A stretch of DNA of 64,000 nucleotides from Bacteroidota bacterium (GTDB lineage: Bacteria > Bacteroidota > Ignavibacteria > Kapaibacteriales > UBA2268): contig JBLWYD010000001.1 in assembly GCA_048267165.1 (NCBI GenBank), positions 128,073-192,072 of the forward strand, in the 5' to 3' direction. Each line of letters begins with the position of its first letter. The first letter of the stretch is position 1. Shown here in pieces: positions 36,325 to 45,696 of this stretch. A model generated the notes under the pieces. That model saw only the letters and a program-made list of their open reading frames with translations. It ran no database searches and was not told the origin of the DNA. The position numbers and the translations under genes are program-made.

Positions 36325-37119
36325 TTAATCAAATCTATACTGAATCATCAATGAAAAATAGAAATTGTATGTCAATTCTTCTTCCAATTCCCAATCTACA
36401 TTTCCTATAAAGTCACTTTGTGAAAAAGGAGTGAGCAAATTACCACGTACATTATCTCTTCCAACTGGATTAAGTACATCTATTCCCCAACTAACATTTA
36501 TCATATAGTTTTCGTGTATTTCACCTTCTATACCTAATTTAAACAATCCCCCAGCTCTACCAGTATTGTCTTTACCAATATCTATTGGTTTTCGAGGTAC
36601 AATTTCACCAGTGGACCTCAGCGTTTCAGATACGAGAAATTCTGAACCAAATATATAATTGTATTTGAGTTGCAAACCTGCATAAAAAGATGACATTGCA
36701 GTTGGGAATCTAAATATTGTATAATTAATTCCAACAAGAGGAGATATGATATTTACGTTATGTTCAAACCTAATATCACTTATATCAGCTGGTTGCCTTT
36801 CTCTAGCGCTATAGGATGTATAATTAACTCCACCTACTAATTTCCAATCACCGATTTTATCTAATCTGTACTGTCCTAATACTTCTACTCCCGGCATAGC
36901 ACCATTAAAACTACCACCCGGTATAGAGCCGTTTAGAATTCTCATTGTTTCTATAGCTGGATTATCACCCATTATCTTAGAAGTAGTAAACGCCACACCC
37001 AAACTATACTCATAGTCATAAACATCTGCTTTAGTTTGCATCGGCATAAGCAATACTACTATAAGTAATACTAGGACTACTAAGCTATTATAAATTTTCT
37101 CTGATTTGATATTCTTCAT
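36325..37119 (-). CDS. outer-membrane beta-barrel-like protein, hypothetical
   Basis: Signal peptide ...MPMQTKA|DV, amphipathic beta-strand pattern, C-terminus MIQYRFD. Abuts GT9 with no gap and overlaps the GT2 end by 32 nt. Confidence 0.7.
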   Translation of the reverse strand: MKNIKSEKIYNSLVVLVLLIVVLLMPMQTKADVYDYEYSLGVAFTTSKIMGDNPAIETMRILNGSIPGGSFNGAMPGVEVLGQYRLDKIGDWKLVGGVNYTSYSARERQPADISDIRFEHNVNIISPLVGINYTIFRFPTAMSSFYAGLQLKYNYIFGSEFLVSETLRSTGEIVPRKPIDIGKDNTGRAGGLFKLGIEGEIHENYMINVSWGIDVLNPVGRDNVRGNLLTPFSQSDFIGNVDWELEEELTYNFYFSLMIQYRFD

Positions 37120-38329
37120 CTCTTTTAAAGTTTTTAACTATCATTTCGCCTAATAATCCGAGCGAAACTAATTGAACACCTACTATAATTAACGCTATAC
37201 CTAGTAACGCAGCAGGACGATTACTAAGGAAGGTATCTCCCATTATCCATTCTACAGTTAACCATGCATCTATTCCGAAACCAACAAGCCCCATTAATGC
37301 ACCTACAGTTCCAAAGAAGTGTAGTGGTCTTTTCAGATATCTTGACGTAAATAATAGCGTTATTAAATCTAAGAACCCTTTTATGTATCTAGAAGCACCA
37401 AACTTGGTCTTTCCATGCTTTCTTGGATGGTGTTTTACTGGTATTTCAGTAATTCTAAAACCATTCCAATGAGCTAATACAGGAAGGTAACGATGCATTT
37501 CACCATAAATATCCAATGATTTGGCAGCTTCCGATCTATATGCTTTTAACCCGCAATTAAAATCGTGCAACTTTAATCCACTTACCTTTGCTGTTACAAA
37601 GTTGAAGAACTTAGAAGGCAATGTCTTATTAATTGGGTCATTTCTTTTCTTCTTCCAGCCTGAAACCACATCAAAACCGTCTCTAATTTTTGACATTAGA
37701 TTTGGTATTTCCATCGGGTCATCTTGCAAATCAGCATCCATAGTTATGATAACAGCACCTTTCGCTGCTTTGAATCCAACTGATAATGCAGCAGATTTAC
37801 CATAATTCCTTCTGAATCGAATAGCTTTGAATTTAGGATTCTTCTTATTAATCTCTTTCATTACTGAGAAAGTACTATCTGAAGAGCCATCGTCTATAAA
37901 GAGAACTTCATAATTATTCTTAGTTTCTTTAGAAAGTACTTTTTCTAATGTATTACTAAGTTCCGTTAGTGATTCTTCTTCATTGTAAGTCGGTATAACA
38001 ACTGAAATCAACGGTTTATTAGAATACTTAGGTTTACCCTTTTTTCTTTCAGGTCTAACATCAGTTTTTGCTTCTGTTTTCTCTGGCGTATCTCTACGTT
38101 CAGGTTTTCTTTTGGGTCTATTACTCTGTCTTCTTTCAGGTTTAACTTCACTACTACTCTCTGAACTTTCAACAGAAGGAGTTCTATCATCCTTAGGAGT
38201 CCTATCCTGTCTCGGATGTTTTCTCTTAGGTCTATTCTGTCTTCTCTCAGGTTTAACTTCACCATCGGCAGGAGTGTTTAACTCTGGTTTAGGACGACTC
38301 ATCCTAGAGCCACCATCCCTAATACTCAA
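37088..38329 (-). CDS. GT2 polyprenol-phosphate glycosyltransferase (ArnC/GtrB/DPM1-like) with ~110-aa basic repeat N-terminal extension
   Basis: ISVVIPTYNEEESL, FIDDGSSDST, MDADLQDDP and two C-terminal TM helices. The N-terminus has EVKPERRQ(S)NRPKRK repeats. The first canonical start is TTG 38329 (ATG at 38302), but the frame is open up to 38458. Confidence 0.85.
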   Translation of the reverse strand: MSIRDGGSRMSRPKPELNTPADGEVKPERRQNRPKRKHPRQDRTPKDDRTPSVESSESSSEVKPERRQSNRPKRKPERRDTPEKTEAKTDVRPERKKGKPKYSNKPLISVVIPTYNEEESLTELSNTLEKVLSKETKNNYEVLFIDDGSSDSTFSVMKEINKKNPKFKAIRFRRNYGKSAALSVGFKAAKGAVIITMDADLQDDPMEIPNLMSKIRDGFDVVSGWKKKRNDPINKTLPSKFFNFVTAKVSGLKLHDFNCGLKAYRSEAAKSLDIYGEMHRYLPVLAHWNGFRITEIPVKHHPRKHGKTKFGASRYIKGFLDLITLLFTSRYLKRPLHFFGTVGALMGLVGFGIDAWLTVEWIMGDTFLSNRPAALLGIALIIVGVQLVSLGLLGEMIVKNFKRDEEYQIRENL

Positions 38330-38518
38330 CTCATCTATCGGATCAGGACGTTCAACTTTTCTTTCTGGACGTTCTGCCTTAGGTTCGGAACGTTCTGTTC
38401 TTTGCTCAGATGAATTGTTTTCTGGATTTATGTTTTTATTCGTTTCTATTTCTTTTACCTAGTAGTATATTCTTGTTAATGTAATAACAGTTATTTCTAC
38501 AATTAATCACATTTAATG

Positions 38519-39277
38519 TTACAATTTAATAATCTTTAGCATTCTAATCACTAAATCACTCTCATAAATATAAGCAAAATATACACCACTTTGCACATTT
38601 TGTATATCAATTGTACTTCCTATGTACCCGTTTTCTCTAATTAAGTTACCTGTTAAGTCGTATAATTCATACTTTTGGTATAATCTATTGGTAAGGTTTA
38701 TTTTTCCATTTGAGTAATATATTGAATTATCTTCAATTTGTTTGACTACGCTAGTAGGCGATTGAAGATAAACAACTCTTACTTTGAAATTTTGAATAAA
38801 TCTATTTTTAACATAAAACGTTTGGCCATTCACTATATTAGAATCAACTAACGTACCATCTATAGCATCAACTATCCTAACCTCAACTACTTCTTTAGAT
38901 TTTGTACCCTTAGGGACGAAAAAGTAGAAGTCTTTCCCTTCCTCTCTATTACCGAGAATATCTAACTGATATTCTACAGTATCTAAGTTACTAGTTGGAC
39001 GCTCTCGATAGTCAACATCAGTAAATATTAGTTCATCTGGCAAACCATCATATTGTCTAATTATCCTAAACCCCGGCATAATCCCTTCAAAAGGAGGGAA
39101 AGAGGGTAAATCTTTCTCATATTTATCATCATAATATACAGTAGTTGAATCTGAGTACCCAGCTCTTAACAATGTTGCAGTTCCATCATAGTTTACATTA
39201 AGAGTAAACTGTGTGAAATCTACAGCTAATACACTTGTAGTGGAAAACAAAATCAGAATTAGTATTATTTTTTTCAT
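38519..39277 (-). CDS. secreted protein with T9SS C-terminal sorting domain (252 aa)
   Basis: Signal peptide MKKIILILILFSTTSVLA. C-terminus ...SGVYFAYIYESDLVIRMLKIIKL. Confidence 0.8.
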   Translation of the reverse strand: MKKIILILILFSTTSVLAVDFTQFTLNVNYDGTATLLRAGYSDSTTVYYDDKYEKDLPSFPPFEGIMPGFRIIRQYDGLPDELIFTDVDYRERPTSNLDTVEYQLDILGNREEGKDFYFFVPKGTKSKEVVEVRIVDAIDGTLVDSNIVNGQTFYVKNRFIQNFKVRVVYLQSPTSVVKQIEDNSIYYSNGKINLTNRLYQKYELYDLTGNLIRENGYIGSTIDIQNVQSGVYFAYIYESDLVIRMLKIIKL

Positions 39278-39290
39278 AATTACCTCTTTT

Positions 39291-39332
39291 TAAAAAAAAA
39301 TAGGGATAGTACATAACTGTATCTATCCCTAT
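39291..39332 (-). terminator. rho-independent terminator after the 1064-aa gene
   Basis: Perfect 10-bp stem ATAGGGATAG (39300-39309) / CTATCCCTAT (39323-39332). The minus strand then reads TTTTTTTTT. Confidence 0.8.
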
Positions 39333-39359
39333 TATATTCTAATTCAATTTAACTTAAAG

Positions 39360-42300
39360 TTACTTAACTATTTGTAGTCTCATAACTTTGTTGAATGAAT
39401 TACCTTCTATTTTCACGAAATAGTTACCAGAAGAAATACCGTTCGCTTGGAAAGGAACTTGGTTATTATTTGCTTCTAAGTGACCATTGAAAACAGTTGC
39501 AACAGTGTTACCGACAGCGTCAATCAATGTAACATTAACATTACCAGATTCTGGTAAGTTGAAATTAATAGTTGCATTGTTAAGTACTGGGTTAGGGTAA
39601 ACAGAATTTAACGTAGCTACTTCAGCAACTTCAACTTTATTCATTTTGATTGAATTAGAAGAAGCATTGATTTCTACTGAAGAGTAGTTATCAGAGCTGA
39701 TAGTACCGAATACTTCACCAGTAGCAGCATCTGATAGTTCAAATGTACCGTTCAATCCTTTAGCAGAGATTGATACTGGGTATTCTACGTTAGTTAATTG
39801 GATTACCGCTTCGTTGTTATTAGTCAATTCAGTATTACCTTCAAATCTTACATCAAATGATGGTGGAAGTGGTGGTAATTCGATAGAGTTTACGTTAGCG
39901 CTATTAGATACGAATAGAGACTTAGCACTTTGATTGTTGTCAGAAACAACGATTTCAGTTGACATAGCTTTCAATTCGTTTCTATAAGCTAAAGAAGAAG
40001 AAACACCTTCAGATAGTTTAGGATTTGCAGTGCTGAAATAGTAGTAACCATTCTCATCAACTTTAATCCAATAACCTAAACCTGGACGTAATTCATTTAC
40101 TTCTTTATAACCTTCTTTAGTCATATATTTCCAAACACCATGCTCAAGCATATAGTTTTTATCTGGTCTTTGACCGTTTCCTAATGCTCTGAAATCTAAT
40201 GCTTCAACATTAATAGGTACAGAAGGAGCACCAACAGCGTTCCATCCACCTCTAGTATCTTCAGCAGTATAAACTCTTACAGGGTTAATATCAGGACTTA
40301 CTTCAAAGATACTGCTACCTCTAAATACTCTATTTACTTCAGCTTCTCTATTATACTTTAAGAAGTAACCAACACCTGGTCTGACTGTTTCACCAGTTTC
40401 TTGTTGATATGAATTCAAGAAGAAATAGTATGGCTTATTAAGAGCACCAGTCCAAGGGTTTTTATTACCCAATGGTTGTACTGGTAATGATAATAAGTTC
40501 CATCCAACATTAATAATTGGGTTACCTTCATCATCAACATATTCAATTATCTTAGCAGGAGTATATTCAATTATAAATTCTCTAATTCTAGGATCATCTA
40601 TTTTCATTGAATATGCATTAGTTTCACCCGGTACTGGAGTACCTTCAGTCCACATATCAACAGGAGCAAAAGATTTACCATTGTCAGTATCTCTAATGAA
40701 TAATGACGAATTAGGGATAAAGTCTTTTCTGTTCCAAGTGATGATAATAGGATATCTTTGATCTTTATTAACTTTACCTGGGTTAAATTTAACTTTGTAA
40801 AGTAATGAACGTGTAGTATCATCAGAACTTCTAATATCTCTTGAATTAGCTTTAACTTGTTCATCATTTGTAGCGAAATCATCTAAACCGAATGGAGCTA
40901 GTCCTGGTATTTCTTTACCACTTGCATCGATAGGGAAGAATCTAGCATCTAGTTCTGTTTCTAGTAATGGAACATTATATTCTCTTTCACCAAATAATGG
41001 ATCAACACCAATTGTAGCTCTATCACCAGTACCAAATATTAGAGTATCAACTTCACCATCTCTGTTTTCAACAGTTATAGGAATACCATTAAGTTTTCTA
41101 CCTTGAGGGTCTTGTCCTTCTAAAGGTGGTCTGAAGTAAATAAATGTTACTTTAATTCTGATTGGAGAAAGTTCTGCAAATTCAGATTTGAAAGTGATGT
41201 AACCTACATAGATACCTGTTTTTTCAATTTCAGGATTATCAGTAGCATCATCACCAGCTTGAATTTTTGAAGGATCACAAGTGATTTGTAAAGTGATTCC
41301 ACCATCATCATTAGGAATGTCATTTAATTCGTCTCTTTCAGAAGCTTCACCCAAAATACCATTATCGATATAAGGTATATAACCTTCATTAGTTAATGAC
41401 CCAATAGGGTTATTAGGTGGTAAAGTTCTAAACTCTAGCCAAGGTTGATCAGAAACAACTTCGATATCTTTCAATATAGTACCAGCTTCCACATTCAATA
41501 CTTCTAGTGATCTAGTAGCAACATTAGGAAATGGATTTTGGTTTCTGTTAGGATTCAAATCAACAGTCATTGGATCAACTAATTCATACAAATCATCACG
41601 ACCATCAACTAATTTGATAGGAGGTTGAGAACCGATTTGTCTATTAATTTGGAAGCCAAATTTAGGTTGTTTAGTCATATATTGGAACCAAATACCACCT
41701 GGTAATATTCTATTCAAAGGTTGGTTTTTAGTTCTATTGTCCATACCCGCAAGTCCAGTAAACTGTGCACCTAAATTAGACTGATAATTAGGTCTTTGTG
41801 GATTAGGGAAATCTTGAGCAACTTGTGGATCATAATCTCTAAAATCTACAAAAGGTGCTGTTTGTAATATATTCATATCATTATACATGATTGAATCACG
41901 TCCGATATGGAAATATGTAAAATCTAAATTACCTGCTGGTACTCCTTCATCTAATACAGCTTTAAACTTTACATAAAGTAGAATATCAAAATCTTGGAAT
42001 GATAAACTAGTGTTAGGTAATGGTTTATTGCTACTTGCAGTAATAACTACAGCACGACCACGGTTAGTAGTAGTGGGAGTGTTATTAATGTGAGTATAGT
42101 ATGATTTGTCAGGACCTTCACTCCAATCAATTTGGAATCCTTTAGCTAAAGGATCTTTAAGTTTTGCGCCACCTGGAGCAAACTTAGGGTGAGTAGTCTC
42201 GATACCTACTGGAGTTACCGAAGCAGAATCATAAAACAGCTTAAATTGAAAGCTTGTAATAGGTCTTACTGGTAAATCTACAGAGTATTTGTTAGGGTTT

Positions 42301-42554
42301 TCAGCCCATCTGTTATCTATGAATACTGGTACTACGAACTCACGCTCATATTCCGTATTCTTTGGCATTATGATTCTTCCATTTTGGAACCATAAATCAT
42401 TATATCCACCTTCTTGACCAGTCAATGATAAGACTGGTATTTGAGGATGTGTTTGTGCAAACGTACTACTATAGCCGACAATAAACAGCAGGGCTGCTAT
42501 TGCTAGACTAGTTAGTTTGTTTACGCCCTTCACTTTTGTATTATTTCTATACAT
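39360..42554 (-). CDS. large secreted protein with T9SS C-terminal sorting domain (1064 aa)
   Basis: Signal peptide ...GYSSTFAQ. Cohesin-like block ITSFQFKLFYDSASVTPVG near the N-terminus. C-terminus VYPNPVLNNATINFNL...SGNYFVKIEGNSFNKVMRLQIVK. Confidence 0.9.
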   Translation of the reverse strand: MYRNNTKVKGVNKLTSLAIAALLFIVGYSSTFAQTHPQIPVLSLTGQEGGYNDLWFQNGRIIMPKNTEYEREFVVPVFIDNRWAENPNKYSVDLPVRPITSFQFKLFYDSASVTPVGIETTHPKFAPGGAKLKDPLAKGFQIDWSEGPDKSYYTHINNTPTTTNRGRAVVITASSNKPLPNTSLSFQDFDILLYVKFKAVLDEGVPAGNLDFTYFHIGRDSIMYNDMNILQTAPFVDFRDYDPQVAQDFPNPQRPNYQSNLGAQFTGLAGMDNRTKNQPLNRILPGGIWFQYMTKQPKFGFQINRQIGSQPPIKLVDGRDDLYELVDPMTVDLNPNRNQNPFPNVATRSLEVLNVEAGTILKDIEVVSDQPWLEFRTLPPNNPIGSLTNEGYIPYIDNGILGEASERDELNDIPNDDGGITLQITCDPSKIQAGDDATDNPEIEKTGIYVGYITFKSEFAELSPIRIKVTFIYFRPPLEGQDPQGRKLNGIPITVENRDGEVDTLIFGTGDRATIGVDPLFGEREYNVPLLETELDARFFPIDASGKEIPGLAPFGLDDFATNDEQVKANSRDIRSSDDTTRSLLYKVKFNPGKVNKDQRYPIIITWNRKDFIPNSSLFIRDTDNGKSFAPVDMWTEGTPVPGETNAYSMKIDDPRIREFIIEYTPAKIIEYVDDEGNPIINVGWNLLSLPVQPLGNKNPWTGALNKPYYFFLNSYQQETGETVRPGVGYFLKYNREAEVNRVFRGSSIFEVSPDINPVRVYTAEDTRGGWNAVGAPSVPINVEALDFRALGNGQRPDKNYMLEHGVWKYMTKEGYKEVNELRPGLGYWIKVDENGYYYFSTANPKLSEGVSSSLAYRNELKAMSTEIVVSDNNQSAKSLFVSNSANVNSIELPPLPPSFDVRFEGNTELTNNNEAVIQLTNVEYPVSISAKGLNGTFELSDAATGEVFGTISSDNYSSVEINASSNSIKMNKVEVAEVATLNSVYPNPVLNNATINFNLPESGNVNVTLIDAVGNTVATVFNGHLEANNNQVPFQANGISSGNYFVKIEGNSFNKVMRLQIVK

Positions 42555-42582
42555 TAGGACACCTTAAATTATTTATAAAAAA

Positions 42583-43743
42583 TTAATTATTTATTATTTT
42601 CAATATTTTTGTTCTGTTACCATCGGTAACCTTAATAAAGTATATACCTTGCTTAAGAAGCTTTGTATCATATACTTTAGTAAAATCACATACTTTGGAA
42701 TCAATCATATACCCAGTGTAATTATAAACTTCAATCGTTAGTTCTTTATTATTACTTATAATAACACCATTATTATAAATATAATCAACAACATTATCTA
42801 CGGAAGCAATTATTACTGAATCTTTTGTTTCAAGATTCTCTATTTCAAAAGAACTAGTTGGAAAGTTAGTTGCACAAATACACTCTGTGCTTTTAACTGT
42901 TTCCATTATCACATTTACACTTGAAGATTCTTTCTTACTTGACTTTATACTCAAAGTTAAGTTTTTATTATCCTTATTTAGAACTTCTAAGTCAATCAAA
43001 TAACCGTTATCTTCTTCTGGTGTTACATTCTTAACTAAAACAGATTCAGAACCAGTTACTTTTTCAAGAATCAAACTATCATTTTCAATAGTTATTCTTG
43101 TTTGCCAATAGTCTATAGAGTCAATTATTCCAAGATTCAGCGGAACATCTATTACAATAGTACTATCTGCCTTGATTGCTCTTTTATCTTTGCTTATATC
43201 GAATCCGAGCTTTCTATCAGGTTTATCTAGTATCTGACCTTTTATAGTCACATCTTTTATCGTATCTACAGTTCCTTTGAAACCATCAATAGGATAAAAG
43301 TATTTAACTTTGAAGTAAGCATCCTCTTCGCATTCACCTATAAACTTGCCAGCAAAAGCAACAAGCGGCATATCACCATTGACTGGATTCGGAAATGCTG
43401 AAATATCAACAATACCTTCCATTATGATTTCACCACGCTCTTTTTCAAATGTCGTGCTTTTATATTTAAAGAACTGAGATATAGTATTAGTATATAATTG
43501 TCGATTCATTTGTACTACATCTGGGTCAAATTCTATTACTATTTCAAACCCAACCAATGAATCAGATTTTACAATACCTCCCATATAAGGAGCAATTATA
43601 ATATCTTTTTGAAATTCCTTACCACACAAATCTAATGGATTTGTATCCAATATTTCTAAGTTGTAAGTTTTTGACTCAGCTAGGGAGTTGCCTATAAAAA
43701 GCAACCCCAAAGCTAAAATCAAATATACTCTAGAACATATCAT
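42583..43743 (-). CDS. secreted protein with cohesin-like N-domain and T9SS C-terminal sorting domain (386 aa)
   Basis: Signal peptide. LVGFEIVIEFDPDVVQ and GDMPLVAFAGKF blocks. C-terminus GIYFIKVTDGNRTKILKIINN. Only a 2-nt gap to the upstream gene. Confidence 0.8.
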   Translation of the reverse strand: MICSRVYLILALGLLFIGNSLAESKTYNLEILDTNPLDLCGKEFQKDIIIAPYMGGIVKSDSLVGFEIVIEFDPDVVQMNRQLYTNTISQFFKYKSTTFEKERGEIIMEGIVDISAFPNPVNGDMPLVAFAGKFIGECEEDAYFKVKYFYPIDGFKGTVDTIKDVTIKGQILDKPDRKLGFDISKDKRAIKADSTIVIDVPLNLGIIDSIDYWQTRITIENDSLILEKVTGSESVLVKNVTPEEDNGYLIDLEVLNKDNKNLTLSIKSSKKESSSVNVIMETVKSTECICATNFPTSSFEIENLETKDSVIIASVDNVVDYIYNNGVIISNNKELTIEVYNYTGYMIDSKVCDFTKVYDTKLLKQGIYFIKVTDGNRTKILKIINN

Positions 43744-43745
43744 TA

Positions 43746-45614
43746 TTATCTATTGATAATAATTTTTTGAACTTTATTAACATTGTTTCCTTCTAATTTC
43801 AAGAAGTAAACACCTGAGTAAAGTTCGTTACCATTGAAATCATTCGCTGACCAAGGTCTTTGAACTGATTCACCAGCTTTCAAATCTTCATTGAATACAG
43901 TAGCAACTTTATTACCAACAGCATCATATACTGAAAGTGAGTAAGTACCACTATTTTCTACAGCCACTGTGTAAGTAGTGAAACCACTTACATAAGGATT
44001 TGTAGATAAAGAAAGACTAGCGTTAACAACGTCAGTTTGTTCAGTTATAGAACCAACCATTTTGTCATTAACTCTGATATTGTTTAATTGTAAGTTTCCG
44101 TTTAAATTAGTTATATCAACATACAATACTGGCTCAGTTGAAGTAAATTCACCTGTACTAGCAAAGTAAACACCGTTAGATGAGTTGTGAGCTAATTTAA
44201 TTTCGTTGTCTATGTTCAATTCAACATTTTCAACTGTACCGTTAACATCAAAAGAGAATGATAAAGGACCAGTATGGCTATTATTGATATAAACTGGAAT
44301 ACTTGTAATACCATTGTGAACTACTCTTTCGCCTAAAACGATATTATCAGCAGTTACAACTTTTTTACCAGAAGGTTTAATATCATGTATCCAAGGTAAT
44401 GATGGGATATTTGCAGCTAAATAGCTCATAATCCAAGCAGCATCGTGTTCGTTTACTTGATAAAATACTTTTTTCAATGAAGTAACTTCAGAAGGTAAAT
44501 CATCAAAATAGTTCTCACTTTGAGTAGTAACTTCTATTTTTTGAGTCACACCCGGAGAAACAGTTCTGTAGTAATATCTACCACTGTGATTCACATCACC
44601 GTGATAAGCAGCTCTTCTTCTAACACTATCCAAAGGAACTTGAGTAGCCATAGATCTAAGTATCAATCTAACATCGTTAAATGTTACATATCTACTTTGC
44701 GGTAAACCAAAGTGTCTTTCAGAAGGAGTTTTAGAGAAATCAACATCTCCATCACCCCAGAATTCTTCAATGTTCAAAGTTTTTTGAGCAGTAAAAAGAA
44801 TTCTATAGTTAGAAGCACCAGATGGTTGCCAAGCGTTTGATAAGTTAGTACTGTCAGTTGCTTGAGGTACTACACAGTAAGTACTATCCAACGGGTTGTC
44901 TGTACATGGCCATAAACCATTCAAAAAGTCATCAAACTCACCTTTGATACCAACAGAAGCACCTTTAGTGATAACTGTAGTTTCAGTAGTTAAAGTATTA
45001 CCACCAATTTGACCATAAGCGAACTCTATATCACCCTGTGGTGTAGCAGCATCATCTGACTTATATAGAATAACTTGGAAATCAGCAATACTAGATGGCT
45101 TAGTTTTGTCCATAATATTCAAATCTCTCCACTCGATAGTCAACGTTGAGTCAGTTCTCTTGTAAAGGATTCTAGTACGTGTGTACATTTGTAACGCTTC
45201 TATATCAGTTCTGTAAACGTGGTCACCCCAAAAAGGAGCTAAAACGTTTTGTTGATATGTAGAAGGCAAATCTTTAAACAAACCAGTTGGGTTTGCTTGT
45301 TTCAAAAAGTTAGGACTGTCAAATGTAACAAAACCATTCACACAGATCCATAATTCTGTATATACCTCACCATTATATTCAAAAGGGAAGCCGATGCTAA
45401 TCTTAGCATATCCGTCATCCGCATCTTGAATAGCAGGTGGTTTAGTAAAATCAACAGCATCAAGTACAGTACCACCAACGATTGGTTCGTAGTTCTTTTG
45501 TACTAAATGCAGAGATTTGAATTCACCCGGTACATCAGACTTTAGCGTTAAGCTACTTGAAAGTGCTATTACAGCAACTGTCATCGCGGCTATTATGCTT
45601 TTTGTAAGTCTCAT
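43746..45614 (-). CDS. secreted protein with NIDO-like N-domain and T9SS C-terminal sorting domain (622 aa)
   Basis: Signal peptide. ISIGFPFEYNGEVYTELWICVNGFVTF (NIDO-like pattern). C-terminus TNPYVSG...SGVYFLKLEGNNVNKVQKIIINR. Confidence 0.85.
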   Translation of the reverse strand: MRLTKSIIAAMTVAVIALSSSLTLKSDVPGEFKSLHLVQKNYEPIVGGTVLDAVDFTKPPAIQDADDGYAKISIGFPFEYNGEVYTELWICVNGFVTFDSPNFLKQANPTGLFKDLPSTYQQNVLAPFWGDHVYRTDIEALQMYTRTRILYKRTDSTLTIEWRDLNIMDKTKPSSIADFQVILYKSDDAATPQGDIEFAYGQIGGNTLTTETTVITKGASVGIKGEFDDFLNGLWPCTDNPLDSTYCVVPQATDSTNLSNAWQPSGASNYRILFTAQKTLNIEEFWGDGDVDFSKTPSERHFGLPQSRYVTFNDVRLILRSMATQVPLDSVRRRAAYHGDVNHSGRYYYRTVSPGVTQKIEVTTQSENYFDDLPSEVTSLKKVFYQVNEHDAAWIMSYLAANIPSLPWIHDIKPSGKKVVTADNIVLGERVVHNGITSIPVYINNSHTGPLSFSFDVNGTVENVELNIDNEIKLAHNSSNGVYFASTGEFTSTEPVLYVDITNLNGNLQLNNIRVNDKMVGSITEQTDVVNASLSLSTNPYVSGFTTYTVAVENSGTYSLSVYDAVGNKVATVFNEDLKAGESVQRPWSANDFNGNELYSGVYFLKLEGNNVNKVQKIIINR

Positions 45615-45662
45615 TATAAAACCTCTATTATATTATAAATTATTTTTCTTTTTAATAATTGT

Positions 45663-45684
45663 GGTACCCTTTTGCAAGGGTACC
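45663..45684 (-). other. GC-rich intercistronic hairpin without a U-tract
   Basis: GGTACCCTT (45663-45671) / AAGGGTACC (45676-45684) form a perfect 9-bp stem with a 4-nt loop, between the giant gene stop and the next gene. No T-run follows on the transcribed (minus) strand. Confidence 0.6.
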
Positions 45685-45696
45685 GCAAGTTTTGTC

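Noticed and set aside
38008-38462. ORFs 38008-38265 (-) and 38112-38462 (+)
   Set aside because: They are an alternate frame and an antisense frame of the basic repeat region of the GT2 gene. They have no independent start or ribosome-binding-site support.
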